64,000 nt of DNA from an uncultured Verrucomicrobiae bacterium (GCA_963769025.1 CAVYKI010000003.1:192001-256000); one strand, 5' to 3'. Shown: positions 41,844 through 54,678, counted from the first letter of the stretch. Notes: generated by a model not told the origin, from the letters alone. Program-made: numbers and translations.

Positions 41844-44800
41844 TTATTTCTGAACTGCGTATTCGGCTGAGGTGACGATGAGATGGATGATCGCCCTCAC
41901 ACGGTCACGCATCTGCTGGTTCGTCGGCGTGGGCGTCGTGTAGGGGAAGTAGGTGGTGTTCGCGACAAAGTTTTGAATCTGCGTTTTTGTCTCGGCGACC
42001 AGCGGCCCTCCCACCAGAAGGGCGGCGAGTTCGTCGATCAGGGCCGGGATGCCCACGTTCGATGTCTTCGCCGGAACCAGGAAGGGCTGAATGCTCATCA
42101 CCACCGACCCGCTGCCGTTGTTGAAGCTGCTCAGCCCGTTGAGATTTCCGTTCCCGCCCCCCGTGCCGATGAACACGTTGGTCAGGCTGTTCGTGAGGTT
42201 CATCACGTTGGTATCGGTCGTAAGCTGGAACTCGGGCGAGTCGAGGCCCTGGTTCGAGAGATCGCCCGGGAATTTGTAGTCGGGCAGGAAGTAGTTGAAC
42301 ACCGTCGGGGCGTTCAGCGGGGACTGGGTGAGGGACCCCTCCGTGTTCCCCACGTTGAAGGTGCTTTGGTTGATGGTCACTACGCCCGAGCGTCCCGTCG
42401 GCGCCGGCGCCAGCGGGTAAAGCGTGACGCCGTTGTTGGACCCGGAAGGCTTCGGATAGGTGCCGAGGGCTGAGCTCACGGGCAGATACGAAGTCTTGAA
42501 GTGGTCGTCGTCGGCCGTGTTCGTGATCGTGTATTCGCCGTCCGACAACGGCGTGGTCACAACCGGCACATCGACCCACACATTCTGCCCCACGAGCATG
42601 CTGTGGTTCACATTGGTATTGAACTGGACAATCGTATTGCTGGTTTGCGGCGTGTAGCTCGTGCTGACCTTCGGCATGAGGACATTTCCGGTCCTCGTCG
42701 CCGTCGGCACGTCGGCGGTGGCGACCGTGAACGAGGTCGTTCCCGTCGCGGACTGCACCTCATAGACGCCATCCGTCGCGACAGGGCCGAACGCGCCGGT
42801 CGCCGTTCCCGCAGCGGTCGGGCTCGCGGTGCACTGCGCCGGGACCGTGAAGGTGTCCGCATCGAGAACCGTGACCGTGTGGGTCTTGTTGATCACGTTC
42901 AGGCTGGTGACGCCGCCGCTGATGAATGTGCCGCCGGTGACTCCGCTGATCGCGATCGTGTTCCCCGTCGCCAGCCCGTGCCCGGCCTTGGTGATGGTCA
43001 CGGGATTCGTCGCCGCCATGCTGGTCAGCGCGAGCGAGGCGTTCCGGGTCAAAACGCCGAGATACACCTTGCTCTTCAGCGTCGTCGTTCCGCTGTTTGC
43101 CGCGGGAATGACGACATCGGTCTGCGGCCCGCCGGTGTTCACGGTCATGATGCTGCTCCCCGCGTTCTGCGTGTAGGTCACATTGACCATGCCGGTCGCA
43201 TTCACATCCAGGGTGTTGCCTCCGACGATGCTGCCAGTATTGGCCGACGAGGCCACCGCACAACTGGACGCGATCGTAAAAGAGGACGGATCCACAACGG
43301 TGACCGGGAAGGTGCCGTTGATGGTCGGAGTGAAAGAGCCGCCCGAGACGCCGGAGATGGTCACGCTGCTTCCATCGCTCAGTCCATGCGGCACCACCGT
43401 GGTGACGACGCACGGATTGCTGACCTCGCGCCATGTGGTGTAGCTGGTGGGGACGGCGGTGCAATTGACTCCGGTGACCGTGAACGTGTTGGGGCCGGTG
43501 CTGACGACCGACAGGTTGGTCGCGTTGATGGTGCCGGCGAACGTTCCACCGACGACGCCGTTGATGGTGACGCCGGTCGTGGTGCCCGCGGACAGGCCGT
43601 GCGGGGTCGTGGTCGTCACGGTGCACGGGGAACCGATCGAGATGGATGCGACCTGAAAGACGCGGGACGTCGTAATCGGGACCGTAAAGGTGTCGGGCCC
43701 GGTCACTGTCGCCGTGATCCCGGCGTTGATGGATGCCGAGAAATTCCCGGATAGGCCGGTGGGCCATACCGTCCTCGTCTGCCCCACCGTCCCCAAGCCA
43801 TGAGGCTTGGTGGTGGTGATCACCGTCGGATTGCCCGTGCCGATGCTGGCGATGTCGAGGTGCGTGGCGGCGATGGCCAGCGTGGCACTCGTGGTGTAGG
43901 TCGTGCTCGTGGGATTGTTGTAGGGATTTGGCGGGGTTGTCTGCGTGTAGTTGCCCAGGAAATTCAGGCTGACGCTGAACGATGCGCTGAAATCGTTCGG
44001 CGTGCTCGTGACGAGGCGGAGCTTGTTGGAATTCACACCGGTCAACTGCGTGTAGGTGCCGGTGTAGGAGGCCGCCGGAAACGCCCGCGCGGGTCCGGTC
44101 AGGCGGAGCATCGGCTCACGCTGTTTGCCGAACTTGTTCGGGAATTCGGGCGTTACCGCGCGCTTCGCCATCCAACAGGATCTGCCGCACGACTGCCGCC
44201 ATGTCTCCGCGGACACCGGAACCGTTGTCCTTGAACTTCTGCACCACGCGGTAGAGGTAGCCGGGGCTCGGATCGCTGGTCACCAGCCGCTGGATGAGCT
44301 GCCGGCAGATGTAAGGCGGGACGTTGTCGTTGTTGACGATGTTATCGATGGCAACGTCCAGCTCCTTGAGTCCGAACTGGTCGTACGGATGCGGCAAGGT
44401 GGTGCCGGTGCTGTCCGCCTGCGAACCGGTGACGACCGGAACGACGTTGTTGGCAAACGTGGGCGAAACGACCGTCGCCCCGGTGACCGTTCCGGTGCCG
44501 CTCGATGGCGCGGTCGTGCAGTTGACCGGGACGGTGAATGTCTTCGCCCCCGTTACGGTCACCTGGAAGCTCGCATTGATCGCTCCGCCCGGGAAAACCC
44601 CGCCGCTGACACTCGCGATCGTGACCGTGTCGCCGGTCGTCAATCCGTGGACCGTGGACGTGGTCACCGTGCAAGGGTTCCCGATCGCGACGCTGGTGAC
44701 GCTCACCCTCGGCGTCAGCCCGGTCGCAGCCGGGGTGACTACATTGTCCAGCAGCAGCTTGGCATTGATATCATGGTAGTTCGGCACGAGGACCATCGGA

Positions 44801-47800
44801 TTCAGGGTGTCTGCAGCCGGGCTGAAGCTGGTCGGGGCGCGTCCGTTCCCCTGGTTGGCCTGCGCGTAGTTCCAGCCGGTGAGCAGCGCAGACATGCCGA
44901 GGACGCTCGACTGGCTGTAGGTCGGGATCAGGTTTGCATTGGAATCGAGCACGAGCTTCCCGTCGTCCCACATGCGGTTCAGGCCGATGGAGAAGAGCTG
45001 CAGGATTTCCCGCGCGTAGTTTTCATTCGGGTGCCGGCCGATGGTGGGATCGCCCTTCTGGTTTGCCCGCATGTCGAGGTACAGGCCCATCGCGGGCGTC
45101 AGCGTGACGGCCTTTAGGATGCCGCGGAAATTGCCGCTGTTCGCCAGCCCGGGCGTGGGGAGGCAATAGTCCACGAGCTGATCGTAGTAGTCCGCGAGGA
45201 TGCGCCCGTTGTTCTGCAGAGGGCCGGTGTCGTCGGCCCACGAGACCACCAGAATCTCGCTCAGCGCAAATGCCAGCCGCTGGCGCAACTGGTCCGGTCC
45301 GGTGATCGAATATTTCCACCACGCGTTCGTGAAGAGCGATGACGGGTAAGGCGAATTGATGTCCGCCGTGAGGCCGTTGACCACGTCTCCCGAGGCATAG
45401 CTCGCGGGCTGCAGGAGCTGGTCGTCGATCCACGCCGAAAAGCCGTTGGCCTTCACGTACGCGACATCCGATGGGCTCGCACCGAAGGTGGCCTGATTCA
45501 GGAACCGCGCAGCGGCCGCACCCGTGGAGTCCGAGGCGACATCCGTCATCGCACGCGCCGGGTAGAGCGCCGGACTCGGCGGCGTCTGCGAGCCATCGAC
45601 CAAATGCAGGTTCCCGCGAATTTCCCCGCCGGGGAACATGACGGAGTGGACGTTGATGTACACTTTTCCCTTCTTGAGCGCATCGAGGAGCGTGTCGCTC
45701 CCGGTGTTCAGGAATGACCCGAGGGCGGCCAGGTCCCAGATGAGTCCGCCGTCCGGAGTCCGGAGCTCAGGCTGCACTTCCGCCGAGTCGATGTCGTAAA
45801 CGATCTCCCCGTTCGGGTGGATGACGTTGCCGCCGTCGGTGTAGCCGTCCACGTGCAGATGGTAGTTGGTCTTCGGCGTCGTGAGGTTCTGGTAGTTAAA
45901 ATACAGGATGGCCTGAGTCCCGGCCGCGTTCACCCGGAGGTTCGCCGAGCCGCTGCCCTTCGTGCTGACTGCCCCCTGCGGGCCGAGGTTTGCGGAATAC
46001 AAGCTGCCTCCCGTCGCCACCAGGGCGGGATAATCATATGGCTGGAAGATGTAGCTCGGCACCGTGCCGCTGCGCGGGTAACCGTCCAACGCGGCTCCGC
46101 CGTTCGGAATCTGCGTCGTTGCACCGGCCGCATTGGGCGCCGCCGCAGTGGAAGGAACGGTCCCAATGTCATCCTGGCACCAGCCCATCGAGACGTAATC
46201 GTCCGCCCCGCCGCCCGGCGTATTATGCAGGACGTCGAAGTAGTATTTCTGGCCCGCCTTCAAGGACAGCCATTGGGTCTTCTGCGTCGGGAAAACACTC
46301 CAGACCCTCTTCCCCGTGTTCCCCGAGACGGTCGCACGGCGGACGCGATTCACGTACTCCGCGTCGTTGGAAATCCACAGCTCCGCCGAGTTGTTCGCGG
46401 CCAGCCAGAAATAGTAGTTCCCGGTCTTCGGAGGGACGATGTAGCCGCGCAGACGCCGCACCGTGGCGCTCGCGTAATTCGTGTCATCGTCCAGCGTGGA
46501 AATCGTGCCGTCCGGCGTGAAGGTCCCGTTCGCCGCGACATCCTTCTCACGCGTGAGGCTGCCGGTCGGATAGATGGTGATGATGACAACGGAACTGCCG
46601 GTCACGGTGCCGGCCGCCGCGTTCGTCGCGTTGATCGCGACATTGTAGGTGCCCGCGAGGGTCGGTGTGCCGGTGATGGCGCCGCTCGCGTTCATGCTCA
46701 GGCCGGGCGGCAGCGGCGCGCTGCTCGCATCCACTGCGTAAGTCACGGCCCCGCTGATGTTCGGAGCGACGACGTTGAAGCTGAACGGAACGTTCTCGTA
46801 GCCCACCGCGACGAGCGAATGCGTGAGCGCCGTCATTTTCTCCGCCACGGCACCCTCCGGGAAGAGGCGGTTCTGCGGAATGATTTGCTTCGTCTGGCTC
46901 GCGCTCCACCAGTAGAGGCGCGCCTCCGCGCTTCCGGTGCCGTTGTAGTACTCGATGACGATGTCGTACGGAACCCCTCCCGTGAGGTTGATCGTGTTCA
47001 CGTAGTCCGTGGCACCCTGTGCGGCCCACCGGTCGATGAGCAGCACGCCGTTCACCCACACCTTCGCACTGTCGTCGCTGCGGAAGTCGATGGAGTACTT
47101 CTCCGTGTACTGCGGGAGGATCTGGCCGGTCCAGCGGACCGAGAAAGCCCCGGTCGTCGAGGCATCCGACATCCCGGTCGGACCGGCCGTCGCACCCCAT
47201 CCGTTGACGCCGTTGGTGAAGTCCACCGTCGCATCCGTGCGGGTCATCTTCGCCGTCCCGGCAAAAATGGTCGTCTGGGTCGTGTAGGTGGAGCTCGATG
47301 TGTTGTAGTACCTTCCCGTCAGCCCGGTGCCGTTGGCGAGGCCCGCCGGATTGATGACCACGCTGGCGCTGTTCGCGGCACCGAGGCTGTAGTCCGTGCC
47401 GGCCATGGCCTTGACGATTGCCGTCACGTTCGTTTTCCGGGCACCGTGGTACCTCGGGTTCACGCTGAAAGTCTGTGCGGTCGCCCCGAGCGAACTGAAG
47501 GTGACCGATGACGGCAGGCTATCGTAATCCGTGCCCTCCGTCGCTGTGCCGGCCTTCTGCAGCGGTACCGTGATGGGCGTCTTGGCGGTGAGCGTGCCGA
47601 GCTTGGTGATGCCACGGGAGACGGTGATCGAGCCCACTTCCTCCGGTGCCGTGATCGGATCCGCCGGCTGCGTCGCGTTCGCCTTGTTCACCGTCACGGT
47701 GACCCGATTCAGCGAAGCCAGGGCCTCGGGAATCGCGGCGGAATCCAGCGTCTGGCCGTCGGTCATCTGCGTACCCGTGTTGTATCCCAGGATTTTCTTC

Positions 47801-48366
47801 GCCCAGTCACTCACGCCGCTGCCGCTGGAGTCCTTGTCGTCCACCAGGATCCGGAAAAACGTATTCGCGGCATAGGTCACCACGATCTGTCCCGGGTTGC
47901 CGTCCCCGACCAATTCCGAGGGCGTCTGTGCCGGAACCACCCAGCTCGCGGGATTCGAAAGCGTCGTCGTCGATTGCGCCCGGTACCGTTTGCCGTTCTC
48001 GGTGGGAAACTGAAGGGTCACATTCGAACCGCTCGCCGTGATGCTCGAAATCTTGATCGTGTTGCTCCTGCTGAACGGATTCGTGCCCGCGGCCAGCTCC
48101 TCCTTGTTCTTGATACCGTCCCCATCGTCATCCGCATTCATCCACGCGGTGTTCAGCCCCTGCGCTGGATCGCCACTGGTGTAAAGCTGGCCATTCGAAA
48201 CGGCGAACTTCATCTGCCAGACCTGCTGGTTGATGGAGTTGACATCCGCGTGCGCGAACCGGGCAAATCCGAAAAGAACCAGAGCCGCCAAGGCGAGCGC
48301 ATTCAGGATGCGAGCCGAGCGCTGCAGGACCGGGACGCGATTACGGGGGAAGGAGGGTACTTTCAT
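41844..48366 (-). CDS. Large secreted DUF1800 family protein (Calx-beta-like, two PA14, Ig-like, CHRD, DUF1800 with inserted repeats); one frameshift near 44155
   Basis: [42 protein letters not shown] in ORF 44116..48444; [24 protein letters not shown] in ORF 41844..44216; FSVRWTG and RLRGYIVPP (PA14); YINVHS..PGGEIRG (CHRD). Confidence 0.88.
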
Positions 48367-48996
48367 GGTGCAGTGAGGTACAGCCCCCGGAGCAGCGACG
48401 GCGGGCAACCGGCAGTGGGGGAGGGGGAATCGCCTTTTGGGCAATTAGTTGTGGAAAGTATTATGCGGAAACCATCCAGCAAGATAAAAGATTTCACATA
48501 ACGATTACGACACGATTGCCGAAACCCACCACTCTCCCACCCGGGGCATGCGTGGGAACGGCGGACGGATGCTTCCCTGGCCTTCGCCGCACGAAGCCAA
48601 CCACGCGCCCGAAGCCTGCACCTCTTCGCCGTCCCTTACATCGCTAAAACGTTCGAGGCGTGAGCGACGCACCCCCTTTCTCGGCTGCGACTACGGCGGC
48701 AGGCAGGGGCGCGAGATCGCCCCGTCCGAGAATGTCGTGTGGAGCTACGCGTGCATGGATCCGGCGTACTGGGAGTCGGCCTCGCGAACGGCGCCTGCGC
48801 AAACTCCGGATAAAAAGATCGTCCGTCAGTGCGGCGATCCCGCAATGTGACAAAGCGAAATCCCCGGGACCCGGCCCGGAGCGCGGGGTCAGCGGCAAAG
48901 ATTGCGGCACCGCGCGATTTCCGCAGAGAAGGTGGCGTCGGTGAAAGGCACGGTTTCTCCGCTGGCGGACTCGCATCGCAGAGATACCTTGCGCTC

Positions 48997-49641
48997 ATGT
49001 CGGACGCCCGCCCGGATCCCCAAGTCACCGCGACCCTCCACTCGCGTGTCGCGCAGGCGATCCTCGAGGTGATCGGGCACATTCCCGGGACCGAGGAAAG
49101 CGAGAGCCATGCTCCCTGCGACCAGGCCCGGCGCATTGCCTCCGCCGCCGCGACGCGGGCGGCCCTCGCCGCCGGGGGGCTGGCCACATTCCCGGGGCCC
49201 GCGGGTTTGCTCACGCTCGTCCCGGAACTCCTCGCGGTCTGGCGCGTCCAGACCCAGATGGTCGCGGACATCGCGGCCATCTATGGGAAAAAATCCGCGC
49301 TGACGAAGGAGCAGATGCTCTACTGCATGTTTAAGGCGACGGCGGCAAAGGCGGTCGGCGAACTGGTCGTCATCCTCGGCGAAGGCGTGCTGATCCGGCG
49401 CCAGACGTTGCGGGTTCTCGAGCGCGTCGCACGGCGGGTCGGGATCAAAGTCACCCAAAATCTCCTGGGCAAAGGCATCGCGCGCTGGATGCCCATCGTG
49501 GGAGCCGTGGGCGTGGGCGCCTACACTTTTTACGAAACGCGGAAGGTCGCGCAGACTGCGATCGGGCTCTTTGACGCGGCCATCGAAGTCGAGACCACGG
49601 TCTCCCCCGTCGCGCCGCCCATCATCGGCTCGAAAAACTAA
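48997..49641 (+). CDS. EcsC-like protein
   Basis: PGPAGLLTLVPEL, QMVADIAAIYG, RWMPIVGAVGVG. Confidence 0.7.
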   Translation: MSDARPDPQVTATLHSRVAQAILEVIGHIPGTEESESHAPCDQARRIASAAATRAALAAGGLATFPGPAGLLTLVPELLAVWRVQTQMVADIAAIYGKKSALTKEQMLYCMFKATAAKAVGELVVILGEGVLIRRQTLRVLERVARRVGIKVTQNLLGKGIARWMPIVGAVGVGAYTFYETRKVAQTAIGLFDAAIEVETTVSPVAPPIIGSKN

Positions 49642-49652
49642 CCAGCGGCCGC

Positions 49653-50964
49653 TTACCGGGCCTCGACGCGGAAGCAAAAATTCTCCGCGCTCGCGGCACC
49701 CTTGCGGTCGCGGACGATGGTGAAGACGCGATAGTTCCCCGGCTTCGAGGGCGTGCGGATGACCGCCTCGCTTTTGTCGGCACTGACGACGGCATCGGGG
49801 AACGACGGCGGTTCCGATTCCTTGTCTCCGCCGACTTTCAAATCCGTGCTCTCGGCGGTGACAGTCCACTCCCAGACTAGTTCGTCGCCATCCGGATCGG
49901 TCGCCTCCGCACGCACCGTGCAAAGCTGGCCCGGCGGAAAGATGGCTTCCTTCAGTTCCGATTCGAAGCGCGTCACCCGCGGACAGCGGTTCGCAGGCCA
50001 TTTGTCCGTCCACGCGCGGCACATCGCGTCCACCTGCGGGAGCTTCTCGCCCGTTTTCAAAAACATGCCGTACCACGTCGAGGTCGTCTCCTGCTTCTGC
50101 CCCCACACGAAGCAATAGCTCCCGAGGCTGATGTCCGCGGCATCCTCGATCATCGTCTTCTGCGTGGAAAAATAGGCCGCGGCCTTGTCCCGGCTGGCCG
50201 GCTCGATGGGCGTGCCCCATTTCGTCTTCGGCACCTCCCAGTGTCCCGACGGGCCGAACTCCGCGAGCACGAACGGCTTCTTCCAGCCCGCCGCCTTCAC
50301 CGCCGCCGCCGCACCGCCCGCGCCCGAGTAGGCGTTCACGCCGAGGATGTCGATGTTCGGGTAGTGTTCGAGAATGCCCTTCACTTTCGTCGGTGCCGCG
50401 CCCGCGATGACGGTCATCACCGGGTGCGCGGGATCCTCCGCCTTCACGATGGCCGCGAGCTCGTTCAGTTCCTTCCAGATGCGCGGATCGCGCCCGTCGG
50501 AAGTCGGCCCTTCCATTTCGTTCCCGAGTCCCCAGACCAGCAGCGCGGGATGATCCTTGTACTTGCGCACCGCAGCGCGGACCGCATCGCGCTGTCGCTG
50601 GATTTGCGCCGGATCGGAGTAGTTGAAGCCGTGGCGCTCGTGGGCGACATGGATGCCCGCGGCGATCGTGATGCCGAGTTCCGCGCACCGGTCGATGAGC
50701 CGTTTGCCATCCACCTTCTGCTCGAGCGACTCGATGCCCCACGTGCGGATCGAGTTCCCGCCATGTTCCTTCAAAAGCGCGAGGTGACTCGAGCCTACCC
50801 GCCCCGCGGATGAAATACGGCTGGCCGTCGCGCAGCAGGACGAAGTGCCCCTTGTCGTTCTTGCCGACTTTCACCGTCGCGGCATCAGCGCCGCTCAGGC
50901 TGCACATCGTCGCGCAGACAACCGCGATGCCGCCAAAAAGCCGTGCCGGGGAAAACGAACTCAT
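49653..50964 (-). CDS. Secreted clan GH-A (GH2-like TIM barrel) glycoside hydrolase; one frameshift near 50796
   Basis: Signal peptide, LLRDGQPYFIRGAG, GGNSIRTWG, WGLGNEME (acid/base), VLAEFGP (nucleophile), WGQKQE. Confidence 0.85.
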
Positions 50965-51008
50965 GGTCCGGGTGAAGTCGGCGGATTTCTCGGTGCCTCG
51001 GACGCGCC

Positions 51009-51473
51009 TCACTTCAGCGAGTCAAACTCCAGCGCCTTGATGCGCGCCTTCGCGCCTTCCGCCGGTTTCCAGAACCAGCCCTTCGTGTCCCAGCATTGCG
51101 CGAAGGGAACCTTCTCCACGAGCTGCTTGTAAGCCGCGAGCGCCTCCGCGCCCTTGTTCTGCTTTTCCAGCGCCTGGCCCATGATGAACAGGCACGTGCC
51201 CACGTCGTTGAGCGCCCACAGTTTCGCCACCGCGTCCTTGTCGCCGGTCACCGGCGCCTTCAGTTCCTTCTGCATGTCCACCGCCTGCTTCTCATACATT
51301 TCCACGCACTTCTTCGCGTAGGCGACGGCATCCGGGTAGTTGTTCGCATTCAGCGCGCCCCACGCCTTGCCGGTGATGGTCGCCGAGGAGTGGTCACCAA
51401 AATCCAACTGCGCCTGCGCCGACAGCGCGGTGAAGATGGCGATGACGAACGGGAGGATGCAGGTGTGTTTCAT
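51009..51473 (-). CDS. Secreted helical (TPR-like) protein
   Basis: Signal peptide; KAWGAL, WALNDVGTC, AQCWD.KGWFWKPA. Confidence 0.8.
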   Translation of the reverse strand: MKHTCILPFVIAIFTALSAQAQLDFGDHSSATITGKAWGALNANNYPDAVAYAKKCVEMYEKQAVDMQKELKAPVTGDKDAVAKLWALNDVGTCLFIMGQALEKQNKGAEALAAYKQLVEKVPFAQCWDTKGWFWKPAEGAKARIKALEFDSLK

Positions 51474-51751
51474 TGGGGAATGGATCTGTGCTTGGAGTTT
51501 GGGAAAAGTGCCCGGGATCACGCTGAACATTCGGTTCGTCAGCGCACAGACCCAGAGCCGGCGGGAACCAATACCGATCGCCGTATTCTTGCAACATCAG
51601 GCTGCCCGCGGATGCGCTTTTATCGCCGGACGCACCTTCAGCCAGACAGAGCAAGCTCCGGTGGCAGCGCGTGGGAAAAAAGGCCAACAAGGGGCAGCAT
51701 CGGCCAATTTCCGCGGAGCGGAGGCGCGTGTTGCCGTGCTGAAGTGTAATT

Positions 51752-53264
51752 ATGAAACGCTTTCCCATATTCCTCACCGCACTCCTCGCACTCCTCGCGA
51801 CCTCCTTCGCCGCCGAACCGCCCTCTCCGACCACCGCCCCGCTGCCCGGATCGGAGGCCAAAGGCACCGACCCGGAAATTATCGGCGAGGAAAAGGCCGT
51901 GCTCACCGCCGCGCCGAATGTGCCGCCGCCGATCAAGCGCAAGCACTCGACGAAGGTCACGGTGGAGCTCGAGGTGGTCGAGGTGGTGAAGCGCATGGCC
52001 GATGGCGTGGATTATCTTTTCTGGACGTTCGGCGGCGAGGTGCCCGGACTTTTCATCCGCGTGCGCGAGGGCGACCTCGTGGAGTTTCATCTGAAGAATC
52101 ATCCGAGCTCGAAGATGCCGCACAATATCGACCTGCACGCGGTCACCGGGCCCGGCGGCGGCGCGGCATCGTCATTCACGGCGCCCGGACACAAGTCGCA
52201 GTTTTCTTTCAAGGCGATCAACCCCGGGCTCTACGTCTATCATTGCGCGACCGCGCCGGTCGGCATGCACGTCGCGAACGGCATGTATGGCCTCATCCTT
52301 GTCGAGCCGAAGGAAGGCCTGCCGGCGGTGGACCGCGAGTTCTACGTGATGCAGGGGGAATTTTACACGCAGGGCAAATTCGGCGAGGAGGGCCTGCAGC
52401 CGTTCGACATGGAGAAGGCCGTGGACGAGCGCGCGAGCTACGTCGTTGTTCAATGGCGCGGTCGGCTCGCTCGTCGGCGACAAGGCGCTGAAGGCGAAGG
52501 TCGGCGAACGCGTGCGGATGTTTGTCGGAAACGGCGGGCCCAACCTGCTCTCGTCGTTCCATGTCATCGGCGAAATCTTCGACAAGGTGTACCAGGAGGG
52601 AGGCGTGAAAGTTTCGCAGGAGCAGGTGCAGACCACGCTCGTGCCCGCCGGTGGCTCGGCGATTGTGGAGTTCGGCCTGCAGGTGCCGGGCACTTACATC
52701 CTCGTGGATCACTCGCTGTTCCGCGCGTTCAACAAGGGCGCGCTCGGCATGCTGAAGGTCGAGGGCGACCCGAACCTGATCGTGTATTCCGGCAAGGAAG
52801 TGGACGCCGTCTATCTCGGCGAAAGCGCGCTCGCCGGGCCCGGCGCCGGACAGAAGCTCGCGGAGATGGAGGCGCAGATGAAAAAGGCGATCGCCGGCGA
52901 CCCGAAGATCGCGGCGATGGGCAAGGAGATCATCATGGAAAAAGGGAAGCGCGTTTACACGCAGGTGTGCTTTGCGTGCCACCAGCCCGAGGGCCAGGGC
53001 ATGCCGGGCGTCTTCCCGCCGCTCGCGAAGTCCGACTGGCTCATGGCCGACAAGACCCGCGCGATCATGTCGCTCATCAAGGGCCTCAGCGGACCGATCA
53101 CCGTGAACGGCCAGACCTACAACGGCGTGATGCCGCCCTCGATGCTCAACGACGAACAGATCGCCAGCGTGCTCACCTACGTGCGGAATTCGTGGGGCAA
53201 CACCGGCGACATCGTCACCGTCGAGGAAGTGAAAAAAGTCCACGCCGAGAGTTCCAGCCAGTGA
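51752..53264 (+). CDS. nirK: Copper-containing nitrite reductase (AniA-type) with C-terminal cytochrome c; one frameshift near 52446
   Basis: [46 protein letters not shown], then CFACH and a GVMP axial Met. Confidence 0.95.
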
Positions 53265-53266
53265 CG

Positions 53267-54052
53267 ATGCGCTTCGCAAGGATCGTCCTTTCTGTCTGTG
53301 CGGCTCTTTGCGCCTTCGCGCCTTCGCGTGACACCCGTGCCGCGGTGCCCGGCATGGCGCCGGTGCCCGGCGGAAAATACACGCCGCTTTTCCGCGGGGA
53401 AAAAGACGCGAAGGAGATCGCCGTCGCGCCTTTCCTCCTCGACGAACGGCCGGTGACAAACGGCGAGTTCCTCGCATTCGTCCGCGAAAACCCGAAATGG
53501 CAGCGCTCGCACGTGAAGCGCATCTTCGCCGACGAGCGCTACCTCGCGCACTGGGGCGGCGACCTCGATCTCGGAAAGGCGGACGCCGCGCAGCCCGTGA
53601 CCTACGTGTCGTGGTTCGCCGCGAAGTCCTTCGCCGCATGGCGCGGCAGGCGGCTGCCGACGACGGTCGAGTGGGAGTTCGCAGCCGGCGCAGGCTTCAC
53701 CGTCGCCGACGGCACGAAGGACGCCGAGTTCCAGAAGGCCGTCGCGCGTTGGTACTCCACGCCATCGCCCGACGTACTCCCCACCGTCGGCAGCGGACGC
53801 GCGAACATTTTCGGCCTCCGCGATCTCCACGGCCTCGTGTGGGAATGGACGAGCGATTTCAACAGCGCCATCGTCACCGGCGACGCGCGCGGTGACACGG
53901 GCCTCGAGCGCAATCTTTTCTGCGGAGCCGGATCATTCGGCGCAAAGGACACCGGCAATTTTCCCGCGTTCATGCGCTTCGGCCTCCGCAGCAGCCTGAA
54001 GGCCAGCTACACCGTCCACAACCTCGGCTTCCGCTGCGCGAAAGACCCATGA
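53267..54052 (+). CDS. Formylglycine-generating-enzyme-fold protein (NirV-like)
   Basis: [40 protein letters not shown]; directly follows nirK. Confidence 0.88.
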   Translation: MRFARIVLSVCAALCAFAPSRDTRAAVPGMAPVPGGKYTPLFRGEKDAKEIAVAPFLLDERPVTNGEFLAFVRENPKWQRSHVKRIFADERYLAHWGGDLDLGKADAAQPVTYVSWFAAKSFAAWRGRRLPTTVEWEFAAGAGFTVADGTKDAEFQKAVARWYSTPSPDVLPTVGSGRANIFGLRDLHGLVWEWTSDFNSAIVTGDARGDTGLERNLFCGAGSFGAKDTGNFPAFMRFGLRSSLKASYTVHNLGFRCAKDP

Positions 54053-54678
54053 AAATCCTCCTTTTCCTCATCGCCCTCCTGCCCTGCGTCGCCTTGGCTG
54101 CCGACCCGCCAACGCTAAAAAAAGACGCCGACCTTCCCCCGTGCTGCCGCCCCGCCCTCCCCGCCGGAAAGCCGACCGACCGCTCGCTCTACCAGCTCGA
54201 ATCCACCTGGACCTCCGACGTCGGCCGCAAGCTGCAACTCTCCGTCCTCCGCGGCCGCCCGCAGATCCTCGCGATGTTCTTCACCCACTGCGAATACGCC
54301 TGCCCGATCCTCGTCAACGAGATGAGGAAACTGGAGGCAGAGCTGCCCAAGGACGTGCTCGCGAAAGTGGACTTCCTGCTCGTGAGCTTCGACACGAAAC
54401 GCGACACGACCGAGGCGCTTGCCGCATACCGCCGCAAGGAGCACCTCTCGACCGGTCGCTGGACGCTGCTGCGCGGTGAAAATGACGACGTGCGCGAACT
54501 CGCCGCACTCCTCGGCGTGAACTACGCCGCCGATTCCCGCGGCCAGTTCGCCCACTCGAACACCATCACGCTTCTCAACGCCGAGGGCGAAATCGCCTTC
54601 CAGCACAACGGCCTGAACCAGGATCCCGCATCGCTCCTCACCGCCATCACGAAGGCGGCGGCGAAAGCCCGGCGATAG
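54049..54678 (+). CDS. SCO family copper chaperone
   Basis: [10 protein letters not shown] (CxxxC), VSFD, conserved His (FAHSN); ATGA overlap with the previous gene. Confidence 0.92.
   Translation: MKILLFLIALLPCVALAADPPTLKKDADLPPCCRPALPAGKPTDRSLYQLESTWTSDVGRKLQLSVLRGRPQILAMFFTHCEYACPILVNEMRKLEAELPKDVLAKVDFLLVSFDTKRDTTEALAAYRRKEHLSTGRWTLLRGENDDVRELAALLGVNYAADSRGQFAHSNTITLLNAEGEIAFQHNGLNQDPASLLTAITKAAAKARR

Noticed and set aside
48548..48850. Short ORF containing REIAPSENVVWSY, possibly a beta-propeller fragment
   Set aside because: Too short and unsupported; at most a remnant.
51474..51751. FNR/DNR box upstream of nirK
   Set aside because: The closest match, TTGCAACATCAG, has the wrong spacing for TTGAT-N4-ATCAA.
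51752..54052. NirK-NirV fusion suggested by the 766-aa ORF
   Set aside because: Artefact of the 52446 frameshift; nirK stops at 53264 and the next gene has its own ATG and signal peptide at 53267.
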